Of a stretch of 64,000 nt of DNA, positions 38,844 through 48,688 are shown piece after piece (positions within the stretch are counted from its first letter, which is position 1; each line of letters opens with the position of its first letter). The notes below the pieces were generated by a model, which saw nothing but the letters and a program-made list of their open reading frames with translations, made no database searches and was not told the origin of the DNA. The position numbers were made by a program, and so were the translations under genes. Origin of the DNA: an uncultured Desulfosarcina sp. (GTDB lineage: Bacteria > Desulfobacterota > Desulfobacteria > Desulfobacterales > Desulfosarcinaceae); contig CAXXWQ010000004.1 in assembly GCA_963674945.2 (NCBI GenBank), positions 3,262,455-3,326,454 of the forward strand, given 5' to 3'.

Positions 38844-40922
38844 TTGTTGTCCATCATCAACGTTTTCATGTTCGCGATACTATTGTCCATGGCATTGGAT
38901 TTTCGGGCAAACACCGCCGATCGGCTTCTCTCCTTTTGTATCGTACGTGTTCTTTTCTATCTTCCGGTTTTTTCCATTACCTATCTTTTTCTCTATTTTC
39001 GATTTGATTCCTTTGCGTTTTATCATGTCGAAAATGGGTTCTTTCTATTGTTGATGTTCTTTTCGTACCGATTGTTCCAGGTCACGACTGCCGTGGAAGA
39101 AAGATTGATGATTTTTGGCGTTTTGTTTTTTTCCGGATTGGCGGCTGTGACCACAACGGCAGTGTTCGCCCTTCGCAACACAGGGGCCGGCGTCCTTGTC
39201 GAAGATGCGCTTCGTTTTTCCCATTTCGGTATCGTCTATTTCTCGACCATATTTCAGCTCATGTCTGTTCTGCTTCTGGTCTGGCGGCTCGAATCCTTTT
39301 GGCGCTCTTTGGATAGCGGTGAAAAATGGCGGTACAAATATATGATGATCGGTCTCGCCCTGATTGGCGCCGTTTTTGGATTTGAGCTGGCCTATCGATT
39401 GACCTATCTGCAATTGTCCCAAGACCATCTTATGCTTCTGGCCATTGTACTGTCTGTGGCATTTGTCTTCATCGCCTATGCTACGGCAAAACACCGGTTG
39501 CTCAACCGCAAGATGTTCATCTCCCGAAAGGTGGTCTATGCTTCCATCACGCCCCTGGTTTTTTCCGGATTTTTTCTTCTCCTCGGCACACTGGCACTTC
39601 TTTCCAGACTCTTCGGTTGGTCCATTCCTTTCATTTTGCAATGGCTGGTTGTCATTTTGGGAATCTTGGGGATCAGCGTGCTTGCCCTTTCCACAACCAT
39701 TCGAAAAAATGTACGGTATTTCATCAGTACTCATTTTTACGTGAACAAATACGAGTATCGGGATGAATGGCTGGCCTTTTCCAACTTCTTGCAGGATAAA
39801 CGCACGGAAGAAGGTGTGGTGGGTGCGTTGCATCAAATTCTCAAAGACAGCCTCTATACGCAGGCAATTTTAATTTGGCTCGGCGACACGAAAAATGGGT
39901 TTCGATTGGTTGCATACCGGGAAAAACAAGCTTCAAAAACAAACACGATCCTTCCCGGAGACGATCCGATCATCTGCTATCTGCGCAACACGCCGCATCT
40001 TTATATCGAAAGCAACAATACAGACCTCGCCTTTCAATCCTTGGTAGAAGAACGGAACGCATTTTTCCGATCCCATGGGATCGTTTTGCTCGTTCCGCTG
40101 ATTCTGGGCAGCCAGTTCGTGGGATTGATCGGCTTGGGGCCGGAAAGCACCGGCGGTCGTTACGGACAAGACGATTTCGATCTGTTATCGGCTTTGGGGT
40201 CACATGCCGCGTCTGCCCTTCTCGCCGTCCAAAATGCCGAAAAACTGGCAAAAGCCCGCGAACAATCGGCCTACCATCATCTATCCGCCTTTGTCCTTCA
40301 CGACATCAAAAATGCGGCCACCATGTTGGACCTGGCGCGTGAAAACGCTCCTGCGCATATGGAAAAGCCTGAATTTCAAAGGGACCTGCTTATGTCCATC
40401 GACGATGCCCTTTCGCGCATGGGAAGAGTCCTCACCCGGCTTTCTGTGCTAAGGGAGGAGCTGCTCCCGGATATCGCAACGGTTGACCTCCATGGATTGC
40501 TACGGGTCTTCCAGGATCGATACGTCCGGAAACTGCCGGGTATATCCGTCCATGCGACATGTCCGGCGGGTCTTCATATGGAAAGCGATTCCGAATTTAT
40601 GGAGCGGATATTGGAAAATATTTTGCTTAACGCGAAAGAGGCCGGTGCCACCAGGGTCGACATCACGGCTGTGGCCTGTCCGGAAAACCGCACGGATATT
40701 CGAATCGAAATCGTCGACAACGGCCCGGGCATCTCACCGGATCTCTTACCCGACCTTTTGTTTGAGCCCTTTCGAACAAAACGACCCGATGGCAGCGGGA
40801 TCGGACTGTGGCAGGTGCGAAAGTCCGTCGAAACGCTGAAAGGCAGTATCGAGGCATTCAATTCACCCGACGGCGGGGCACAGTTTGTGATCAAATTACC
40901 GATCAGCAAGCAAGATACATGA
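38844..40922 (+). CDS. prsK: PEP-CTERM system-type histidine kinase (PrsK-like)
   Basis: Multi-TM N-terminus, ISTHFYVNKYEYRDEWL, GAF, SAFVLHDIKN, PEFQRDL, GSGIGLW. Confidence 0.82.
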   Translation: MLSIINVFMFAILLSMALDFRANTADRLLSFCIVRVLFYLPVFSITYLFLYFRFDSFAFYHVENGFFLLLMFFSYRLFQVTTAVEERLMIFGVLFFSGLAAVTTTAVFALRNTGAGVLVEDALRFSHFGIVYFSTIFQLMSVLLLVWRLESFWRSLDSGEKWRYKYMMIGLALIGAVFGFELAYRLTYLQLSQDHLMLLAIVLSVAFVFIAYATAKHRLLNRKMFISRKVVYASITPLVFSGFFLLLGTLALLSRLFGWSIPFILQWLVVILGILGISVLALSTTIRKNVRYFISTHFYVNKYEYRDEWLAFSNFLQDKRTEEGVVGALHQILKDSLYTQAILIWLGDTKNGFRLVAYREKQASKTNTILPGDDPIICYLRNTPHLYIESNNTDLAFQSLVEERNAFFRSHGIVLLVPLILGSQFVGLIGLGPESTGGRYGQDDFDLLSALGSHAASALLAVQNAEKLAKAREQSAYHHLSAFVLHDIKNAATMLDLARENAPAHMEKPEFQRDLLMSIDDALSRMGRVLTRLSVLREELLPDIATVDLHGLLRVFQDRYVRKLPGISVHATCPAGLHMESDSEFMERILENILLNAKEAGATRVDITAVACPENRTDIRIEIVDNGPGISPDLLPDLLFEPFRTKRPDGSGIGLWQVRKSVETLKGSIEAFNSPDGGAQFVIKLPISKQDT

Positions 40923-41188
40923 CACCTGTCGTTGTTGCACGTCGATCCTGCCGGCCGCTCTGATCGCAACCTTTCTTCACACCGCCGTCCAGGTTCTGGC
41001 GGCAGCAGCCCTGGTGCGATGGTACCGATCCATCAAAGGCAGTGGCATCGCTGCAGGCAACTGGTTGGCCCTGGTCTTCGTAACCATTTGTTCGCTGTTC
41101 CTTTATGGTCTGTACAGGGCAACCTCAATCCTTAGCCCTAAAAAACCTAAAAAAAAAATAAAAGGGTATCACGGAGGCCTTTTTGACC

Positions 41189-41229
41189 AAAAAATTAGCC
41201 CGATTTCGGTGGTCCGAGATCGGGCTAAC
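41189..41229 (-). terminator. Rho-independent terminator after the tRNA-Ser pair
   Basis: TTAGCCCGATTTCGG..CCGAGATCGGGCTAA stem with an adjacent A run (U tract on the minus strand). Confidence 0.7.
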
Positions 41230-41241
41230 TTATTGAGATTA

Positions 41242-41334
41242 TGGCGGAGAGAGAGGGATTCGAACCCTCGGTGCAGCTTTCACCACACACTCGCTTAGCA
41301 GGCGAGCGCCTTCAGCCGGCTCGGCCATCTCTCC
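41242..41334 (-). tRNA. tRNA-Ser(GCT)
   Basis: GGAGAGATGGCCGAG...CT-GCT-AA...GTTCGAATCCCTCTCTCTCCGCCA, long variable arm. Confidence 0.95.
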
Positions 41335-41440
41335 AAAATCTGTTTTTATCTTTACCAATCCGGCTGGAAAAAATCCAGTCATTTGCGACTGAAAACCGGA
41401 TATCCAAGCCACCCGCCTTGCGGGTGGTCGCTGACTTTCG

Positions 41441-41526
41441 TGGCGGAGGGAGTAGGATTCGAACCCACGGAGCTTTCGCTCAACGGTTTTCAAGACCGCC
41501 GCCTTAAACCACTCGGCCATCCCTCC
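41441..41526 (-). tRNA. tRNA-Ser(TGA)
   Basis: GGAGGGATGGCCGAGTGG...CT-TGA-AA...GTTCGAATCCTACTCCCTCCGCCA. Confidence 0.95.
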
Positions 41527-41663
41527 ACGATAAACAAGGCGTTTTGTTACCATTTTGATCAATTAGCGTCAATCCCTTAAATGATGGTTGACATCAAAGA
41601 TGTTTTATGATGTTCCTCCCAGCACAAAATTAGGAGAAAGATTATTTCTGGAGGAAAGTGGGA

Positions 41664-42137
41664 ATGAAACAAAAATACGTTGTATTGTTGGATAAGGAAG
41701 CCGGTAAACTGGCGATCCAGGAATATGCCGAACTGGATAAGGAAATACTGAGCTTGCTGTGCGAAGAGTCCTACGATGCAGACACGATCAAAACGGCCAT
41801 GGAAAAGGATCGCAATGCGTTGATCCAGGCCCTTCGTACGCACAATATGTATCCACCGGGACTCTATACGGAGCGTATCGCCGACACCGTAACCGAGATG
41901 TTTCAGCCGGACGGCGCAGCCAGTGCCGAACTCCTCTTTGAAGAGCGTGAGATGTTTGAAGAGGCGGAAGAGGAAATTGTAGACGATACGGACGATGTCG
42001 ACGAAGACAGTACCATCGATGTGGATGATTTGCTCGATGATGAAATCGATGATGACTTCGAGGAAAAAGGAATCATCGATAACCTGAACAAAAAGAACAG
42101 CATTTCGGACGCCAATATGGATATGGACGACGACTGA
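41664..42137 (+). CDS. Hypothetical protein with a highly acidic C-terminal tail
   Basis: RBS GGAGG; D/E-rich second half; followed by a terminator. Confidence 0.75.
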   Translation: MKQKYVVLLDKEAGKLAIQEYAELDKEILSLLCEESYDADTIKTAMEKDRNALIQALRTHNMYPPGLYTERIADTVTEMFQPDGAASAELLFEEREMFEEAEEEIVDDTDDVDEDSTIDVDDLLDDEIDDDFEEKGIIDNLNKKNSISDANMDMDDD

Positions 42138-42168
42138 AACCGGCCAATCGCAATGCTTACAAATACCC

Positions 42169-42208
42169 GAAGCGCCCTGCCGATAATGGCGGGCGTTTTT
42201 TATTTTTC
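42169..42208 (+). terminator. Rho-independent terminator
   Basis: GAAGCGCCCTGCC..GGCGGGCGTTTTTTATTTTT. Confidence 0.7.
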
Positions 42209-42439
42209 TTACACCCAAGGGATTGACGAAAGATATTATTTCTGGATAGACACTTGCTATTTCAATCGTATTGCGCAATAAAAAGATAAATACCAGCTGC
42301 TTCCCACCTTTTGCACCGACAGTGGAACCCGCGAAACGCTGAAAAATCCCGTGATTGGCAGCACAGGAAAAGTATTCATCCAGTGGTTTTCGTTGTCGTG
42401 TTCCTACCATATATCCTTAACCCGCATCAGGAGGTGCCA

Positions 42440-43381
42440 ATGGAAAAGGAAAAGGAGTTTTATGATCGTTTGAAGGAGAAAGGATTCTCACGAAGAGATT
42501 TCATGCGGTACTGTACGGCGCTGACGGCAACCATGGGCCTGTCATCGTCTTTCGTACCTAAGGTGGCCGAGGTATTTGCCGCACCGGCACAACGGCCGCC
42601 GGTGATCTGGCTGCACTTTGCCGAGTGTACCGGGTGCTCCGAGTCCCTTCTGCGGTCCCAGTATCCCTATGCTGATGAACTGGTTCTCGAGGTGCTCTCG
42701 GTGGAGTATCACGAGACCATCATGGCGGCCGCCGGTCAACAGGCCGAAGAGCAGCTGCATCACGCCGTAAACAAGTACGACGGCAAGTTCATCTGCGTCG
42801 TCGAGGGCGCGGTGGCAACGAAATACGACGGCGGTTATGGAAAGATCGGAGGCCGGTCCTTCTTGGAGATCGCCAAGGAGGTTTGTCCCAAGGCGGCGGC
42901 CGTCATCGCCTATGGTACCTGCGCCACCTTTGGCGGCGTTCAAGCCGCTGCACCGAACCCCGGCGGATACAAGGGGGTCGGCGAAGCCATTGGAATGAAA
43001 ACCCTCAACATCCCCGGATGTCCTCCCAACCCGGTCAACATCGTCGGAACCGTGGTCAATTATCTGATGCTTGGCAAACTGCCTGACCTGGACGACCTAG
43101 GGCGCCCCCTGTTCGCCTTTGGCAGCACCATCCACGACAAATGTCCCAGGCGTTCCCATTTCGAGAACGAAGAATTCGTGGAAGAGTTCGGAAGCGAAGA
43201 GGCGGCCTTGGGCTACTGCCTCTACAAGATGGGGTGTCGCGGTCCGGAAACCTACAACAACTGTCCCACGGCCAAGTTCAACGACGGCACCAGCTGGCCG
43301 GTGGAGGCGGGGCACCCGTGCATCGGCTGCGCCCAACCCGACTTCTGGGACAAGATGAGTCCGTTTTATGAAGAGATGTAA
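42440..43381 (+). CDS. Periplasmic [NiFe] hydrogenase small subunit (Tat signal)
   Basis: SRRDFMRYC Tat motif, [48 protein letters not shown]. Confidence 0.95.
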   Translation: MEKEKEFYDRLKEKGFSRRDFMRYCTALTATMGLSSSFVPKVAEVFAAPAQRPPVIWLHFAECTGCSESLLRSQYPYADELVLEVLSVEYHETIMAAAGQQAEEQLHHAVNKYDGKFICVVEGAVATKYDGGYGKIGGRSFLEIAKEVCPKAAAVIAYGTCATFGGVQAAAPNPGGYKGVGEAIGMKTLNIPGCPPNPVNIVGTVVNYLMLGKLPDLDDLGRPLFAFGSTIHDKCPRRSHFENEEFVEEFGSEEAALGYCLYKMGCRGPETYNNCPTAKFNDGTSWPVEAGHPCIGCAQPDFWDKMSPFYEEM

Positions 43382-43450
43382 AGACCGGTTCATCTGATTG
43401 TAAACAATTTTCCGAACAACTTTCCTTTGTTTGAAAAGGAGGACATCAAT

Positions 43451-45100
43451 ATGGGCAAACGTGTAGTCGTCGATCCGATTACAAGGTTAGAGGGGCATCT
43501 TCGTATCGAAGTGGAAGTCGCCGGTGGCAAGGTGGTCAATGCCTGGAGCAGCGGCCAGATGTTTCGCGGCATCGAATTGATCCTGCAGGGCCGCGATCCC
43601 AGGGATGCGCATCATTTCGTGCAGCGCTCGTGCGGCGTCTGAACTTATACACACGCTCTGTCCTCGGTGAGGGCAGTCGAAGACGCCGTTGGCGTTCAGA
43701 TTCCCAAAAACGCCCGAATCATCCGGAATCTGATGCATGGTGCACAATTTCAGCACGACCACATGGTTCACTTTTACCATCTCCATGCCCTGGACTGGGT
43801 GGACATCGTCAGCGCCCTGAAGGCCGACCCGAAGAAAACCGCCGCCCTGGCGGATAACGTCAGCAATGCCTCCATGGGCGGGGCATCTTACTACAAACAG
43901 GTTCAGACCCGCCTTCAGACCTTCGTGGACAGCGGCCAGCTGGGACCGTTCTCCAACGCCTACTGGGGCCATTCGGCCTATGCGCTGCCACCGGAGGCGA
44001 ACCTGATGGCCTGTGCCCACTATTTGGAGGCCTTGCGTCTGCAGGCCCGGACCGCCCGCATGCATGCCGTGTTCGGCGGCAAGAACCCCCATCCCCAGTT
44101 TCTGGTGGTGGGCGGCATCACCAGCGTCGCGGATCTAAAGCCCGACCGGATTGCCGAATTTCTCTACCTTCTGAAAGAGACCCAGAAGTTCATCGAGAAC
44201 GTTTACATTCCGGACATTGTGGCCATCGCTTCCTTCTACAAGGATTGGGGCGGAATTGGTGGGACGACCAATTTTCTCGCTTGGGGTGACTTCCCTGAAA
44301 GCGAAACCGAACCCGAAAGCCTTCTTTTGCCCCGCGGCGTGATCAAGAAACGAAAGCTTTCCGATATTCCCCTTGCCATCCAGGAGAATGTCGCCGAAAA
44401 TGTCACCCGTGCCTGGTACGAAGACGGCCCGGACCGGCATCCCTACGAGGGTGAGACCAAACCGGTCCAGGAAGATCCCAAATACCGTCCCGACGCCGGC
44501 AAGTACTCCTGGTTCAAGGCACCGCGGTACGATGGCGATCCCTGTGAAGTGGGACCATTGGCCCGGGTGCTGGTGGCCTATGGAAAGGGGCACAAACAGA
44601 TCAAACCCCTGGTGGACAACACCCTTTCGAAACTGGGCGTTTCTGCAGGCGCCCTGTTTTCCACCCTGGGACGTACCGCGGCCAGGGGATTGGAAACCGT
44701 GGTCGTCGGCCAGGCCATGGAAGGATGGATCAACGAATTGCTGGACAACCTCAAGGGGGGTGACACGGCCACCTACCAATCCTGGGAAATGCCGGACAAG
44801 GCCATGGGGCTGGGACTCAACGACGTTCCCCGTGGTTCCTTAGGACACTGGATCAACATCGAAGGCGGCAAGATCAAGAACTACCAGTATGTGGTGCCGT
44901 CCACATGGAACTTCGGTCCCCGGGACGACAAGGGAAATTTGGGACCGGTGGAAGAGGCCCTCATCGGAACCCCGGTGGCCGATGCCAAGCAACCGCTGGA
45001 AGTGCTTCGTACCGTCCACTCCTTTGACCCGTGCGTGGCCTGTGGTGTCCACGTGATCGATCCGGACTCCAACCAGGTCTATAAAATCAAAGTCATTTAA
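43451..45100 (+). CDS. Group 1 [NiFe] hydrogenase large subunit with predicted Sec64 in the N-terminal motif (RSCGVU)
   Basis: [28 protein letters not shown] continuing in frame; C-terminal [12 protein letters not shown] plus cleavable tail; SECIS-like hairpin. Confidence 0.9.
43658..43676 (+). promoter_or_regulatory. Putative SECIS hairpin of the hydrogenase large subunit
   Basis: CTGTCCTC-GGT-GAGGGCAG; GGU loop 23 nt after the UGA. Confidence 0.75.
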
Positions 45101-45164
45101 CGTATCGTGTGAGATGTCGGGAAGCGGGCACGTGAATCACGGATTCCCGTTTCCCGGCACTTCT

Positions 45165-45336
45165 CAGTGCTCATCCAGAAATGGCCAATTTGCCGGATAT
45201 CTTTGTTACGCGAAAAATTTTATCCTCGGAATATGAAACATATGCACCCCAAGGACATTTCCTTCGGGGCACCTGCGGTAAAATTTTTCGTTCGCCGCGA
45301 TCTCGACCAAATTTGCCTATTTCTGGATAGACACTG
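45165..45336. repeat. Palindromic intergenic repeat (MITE-like), core-family copy
   Basis: Terminal IRs CAGTGCTCATCCAGAAAT / ATTTCTGGATAGACACTG; core is a reverse-complement homolog of 3476-3619. Confidence 0.8.
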
Positions 45337-45383
45337 CTTCGTATTACCGAAGAATGAACAATAAAAAACTGAACTCATCGTCT

Positions 45384-45902
45384 ATGACAGAAAACCATAT
45401 TATGATCCTGGGTGTGGGAAATCTCCTGTTTTCCGACGAGGGATTCGGCATCCGTGTGGTGGAGGCGCTTGATGACCGCTATCGATTTCCATCGAACGTC
45501 TCCATCGTGGACGGCGGCGTTTTGGGTGTTGGCCTCATGGGGATCATGTCCGAGGCCGACGAGTTGATCGTCGTGGACGTAATCCGCAACAACGGCAAGC
45601 CCGGCGACCTTTATCGCCTGGCCGGCGATGCCATACCCGAGCGCATCCGGGCGAAAAACTCCCTTCACCAGATTGATTTTTTGGAGGCATTGACCCTTTG
45701 CCAGGCTTTAGATAAAGTGCCCGAAACGGTAATCGTCGGCGTGGAGCCCGAAGATATCCTTACCCTGAGTACCCAACTGACTGAAACCACCCAGAGCCGA
45801 TTGGAAGAGGTCATCCAGATGGTATTGGAGGAACTGGCCCGGCTGGGAATCACCGGCGAAAGAAGAGGAACCAACGAAAATGTGCCTTGCCATCCCATCT
45901 AA
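45384..45902 (+). CDS. Hydrogenase maturation endopeptidase (HyaD/HybD family)
   Basis: LGVGNLLFSDEGFGI, VDGG, SLHQ, VGVEPE. Confidence 0.92.
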   Translation: MTENHIMILGVGNLLFSDEGFGIRVVEALDDRYRFPSNVSIVDGGVLGVGLMGIMSEADELIVVDVIRNNGKPGDLYRLAGDAIPERIRAKNSLHQIDFLEALTLCQALDKVPETVIVGVEPEDILTLSTQLTETTQSRLEEVIQMVLEELARLGITGERRGTNENVPCHPI

Positions 45903-46122
45903 GATCACCCATATCGAAAACGACATGGCCACCATCGATGTAGACGGCGTGAAACGATCGGCCAGCCTCATGCTCATGGCCGATGCCGCCGTCGGTGACT
46001 ACGTCATCGTTCATGCGGGATTCGCCATCCAGAAAATCGACGAGGCCTCAGCCCTGGAGACCATCCGGCTCCTCAAGGATGCCGCCAATTTTATTGACGA
46101 TCTGGAATCCGGCATGGGATAA
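45880..46122 (+). CDS. hypC: Hydrogenase maturation chaperone HypC
   Basis: MCLAIP, GDYVIVHAGFAI. Confidence 0.95.
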   Translation: MCLAIPSKITHIENDMATIDVDGVKRSASLMLMADAAVGDYVIVHAGFAIQKIDEASALETIRLLKDAANFIDDLESGMG

Positions 46123-46138
46123 TCGACCGAAACGGTTC

Positions 46139-48418
46139 ATGACCTCTCCCATTACCGCAAAACGACTGGAAATCAACGGCATCGTTCAAGGCGTCGGATT
46201 CCGCCCCTTTCTCTTCAAGCTGGCAAATCGACACGGCCTCAAGGGAGAGGTGGCCAACACGGCAAGCGGCGTATCGTTGATCGTCGAGGGAGTCCATCTT
46301 GCCGTCGATCGATTCATCTCGGATCTGCCTGATCGAAAGCCGCCGCTGGCCCATATCGTACAGGTGACGGTTACATCGATTCCCACCAGTGGATACACCA
46401 CTTTTTCCATCGCACAGAGCCAATCCGGCGAGACACGCGCCACCTTGATTTCTCCGGATGTGGCGGTTTGTGATGACTGCCTTTCGGAGATGCGTGATCC
46501 ATCGGACCGACGCTTCGGTTATCCGTTCATCAACTGCACCAATTGCGGGCCTCGTTATACCATCATCCACGATGTCCCCTACGACCGCCCCAAGACCAGC
46601 ATGCGTCACTTCACCATGTGCGGACTTTGCCAGAAAGAGTATGACGATCCGGAAGATCGGCGCTTCCACGCCCAGCCCAACGCATGTCCTGTTTGCGGTC
46701 CCCGGGTGACCCTGTGCGACGGCCGGGGCAATCCCATTGCGGCCGAAGATTCCATCGCGGAAACTGTCCGCAGGATCAGAGAGGGACGGATCGTCGCCAT
46801 CAAGGGACTGGGAGGATTCCACCTGGCCGTTGACGCCACCAACGGCAATGCGGTGTCCCGGTTGCGCCGACGCAAACACCGGGAGGAAAAGCCTTTGGCC
46901 CTCATGTGCGAAAACCTATCCGGCATTCGGGCCATCTGTCATGTGAGCGCCCAGGAAGAGAGGCTGCTAACCACCATCTGGCGCCCCATCGTCCTTCTCG
47001 AAAAACGAATTCCCAATCCCATTGCCCAACAGGTGTCGCCACACAACCGCTATTTCGGCGTCATGCTGTCCTACACGCCGCTGCACCACCTCATACTGGA
47101 TCATGGTTTTGTCGCCCTGGTGATGACCAGTGCAAACCTGAGCGAAGAGCCCATCGCCATCGATAACGAGGAGGCCTTTTCCCGGCTGGCGGGGATCGCC
47201 GACGATTTTCTCGTCCACGATCGTGACATCTATCTTCGCACGGACGACTCCATCGTGAGACACTGCGCGGGCAGCGCGCGTCTGATTCGACGCTCCCGGG
47301 GGTACGTACCCGTTCCCGTTTTTCTGAAAGACGAAGTGCAGCAGGTTCTGGCCTGCGGGGCGGAGTTGAAAAATACCGTCTGTCTCACCCGTGGGAACCA
47401 GGCCTTCTTGAGCCAGCATATCGGAGACCTGGAAAACCGGGCCACCGACGATTTTTTTCGTCTCACCGTGGACCATCTCAAAAGAATCCTGGACATCGCG
47501 CCATCCATCGTGGCCCACGACTTGCACCCGGATTACATGAGCAGTCGATATGCTGGGCAATTGAATGGGGTAGAAAAGGTTGCCGTGCAGCACCACCACG
47601 CCCACATCGCGGCGTGCCTGGCGGAAAACCGAATCGAAGGACCGGTCATCGGACTCTCCTTCGACGGTACCGGTCTGGGATCGGACGGCACCGTCTGGGG
47701 CGGCGAGGTACTGGTGGCCGATACCAAGCGTTTTACCCGGGCGGCCCATCTGGCAACGGTGCCCATGCCCGGCAGCGCGGCCGCCATCAAGGAACCCTGG
47801 CGAATGGCCGTGGCTCATCTTCATGCCGCCTACGGAGAAGAACCGGCCTTTCCTCCCCTTTTTCAACGCCATGAGAAAAAGTCGATACGTACCCTGGTGG
47901 CCATGATGGAAAACCGGATCAACTCTCCCCTGACCTCCAGCATGGGCCGGCTTTTCGACGCGGTTGCTTCGATTGTCGATCTGCGGGACCGGGTGGCCTT
48001 CGAAGGGCAGGCCGCAATGGAACTGGAGATGATCGCCGAAGAGACGGAAACCGGCTTTTACGAATTCGCCTGGCAGGGGAAAGAAATTCTGGAAATCGCT
48101 ACGGCGAACATCATCCGGGGCGTTGTGGCCGACATGGAAAGAAACGTACCACCACCCACGATCAGCGCCCGTTTTCACAACACCCTGATCCGACTTTTCG
48201 ATGAACTGTGTCGGCATCTTCGAAAAACCACCGGAATCGAACGGGTGGCCCTTAGCGGTGGCGTCTTCCAAAACGGTTTGCTATTGAGGGGATTGACATC
48301 GGCACTGGAAAAGAGCGGGTTCCTGGTTTACACGCACCGCCTGGTCCCCACCAACGACGGCGGCATCTCTTTGGGCCAGGCCGTAGTGGCCGCGGCGAGG
48401 GCCGGAGAGGACGATTGA
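46139..48418 (+). CDS. hypF: Carbamoyltransferase HypF
   Basis: GIVQGVGFRPF, NCTNCGPRY, RRFHAQPNACPVCGP, HHHAH, NDGGISLGQ. Confidence 0.95.
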   Translation: MTSPITAKRLEINGIVQGVGFRPFLFKLANRHGLKGEVANTASGVSLIVEGVHLAVDRFISDLPDRKPPLAHIVQVTVTSIPTSGYTTFSIAQSQSGETRATLISPDVAVCDDCLSEMRDPSDRRFGYPFINCTNCGPRYTIIHDVPYDRPKTSMRHFTMCGLCQKEYDDPEDRRFHAQPNACPVCGPRVTLCDGRGNPIAAEDSIAETVRRIREGRIVAIKGLGGFHLAVDATNGNAVSRLRRRKHREEKPLALMCENLSGIRAICHVSAQEERLLTTIWRPIVLLEKRIPNPIAQQVSPHNRYFGVMLSYTPLHHLILDHGFVALVMTSANLSEEPIAIDNEEAFSRLAGIADDFLVHDRDIYLRTDDSIVRHCAGSARLIRRSRGYVPVPVFLKDEVQQVLACGAELKNTVCLTRGNQAFLSQHIGDLENRATDDFFRLTVDHLKRILDIAPSIVAHDLHPDYMSSRYAGQLNGVEKVAVQHHHAHIAACLAENRIEGPVIGLSFDGTGLGSDGTVWGGEVLVADTKRFTRAAHLATVPMPGSAAAIKEPWRMAVAHLHAAYGEEPAFPPLFQRHEKKSIRTLVAMMENRINSPLTSSMGRLFDAVASIVDLRDRVAFEGQAAMELEMIAEETETGFYEFAWQGKEILEIATANIIRGVVADMERNVPPPTISARFHNTLIRLFDELCRHLRKTTGIERVALSGGVFQNGLLLRGLTSALEKSGFLVYTHRLVPTNDGGISLGQAVVAAARAGEDD

Positions 48419-48483
48419 CAAGAGCAAAACAGGATCCAGAGGGTTTCCTTGGAAGGGGTATGCGATGCGATCGCGTAGAACCA

Positions 48484-48608
48484 CAGGAGTCAGAATTCAG
48501 GAGCCAGAATGAATTTGATGTCGCTTCGTCGATTGGATAAAAAGGATCGAGCCGAAGGCGAATACCTGATTCTCGTATTCTGAATTCTGACTCCTGGATT
48601 CCCGTAAC
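48484..48608. repeat. Heptamer-bounded element, copy 2 (inverted relative to 19254-19391)
   Basis: CAGGAGTCAGAATTCAGGAGCCAGAAT...GGATCGAGCCGAAGGCGAATACCTGATTCT...TTCTGAATTCTGACTCCTG. Confidence 0.8.
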
Positions 48609-48688
48609 AATCTTATGCTAGACTCATTTGTCTTTTAACAGAGCCAAGGGGATCGGGTTTCAGGACCGAATATAAGGAAAAAACCAAT

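Noticed and set aside
41441..41526. Possible tRNA-Sec, given the selenoproteins
   Set aside because: The anticodon is TGA (Ser, reads UCA), not TCA, and the acceptor stem is a normal 7 bp.
41014..41562. ORFs overlapping the tRNA-Ser genes
   Set aside because: Explained by the tRNA sequences; no coding evidence.
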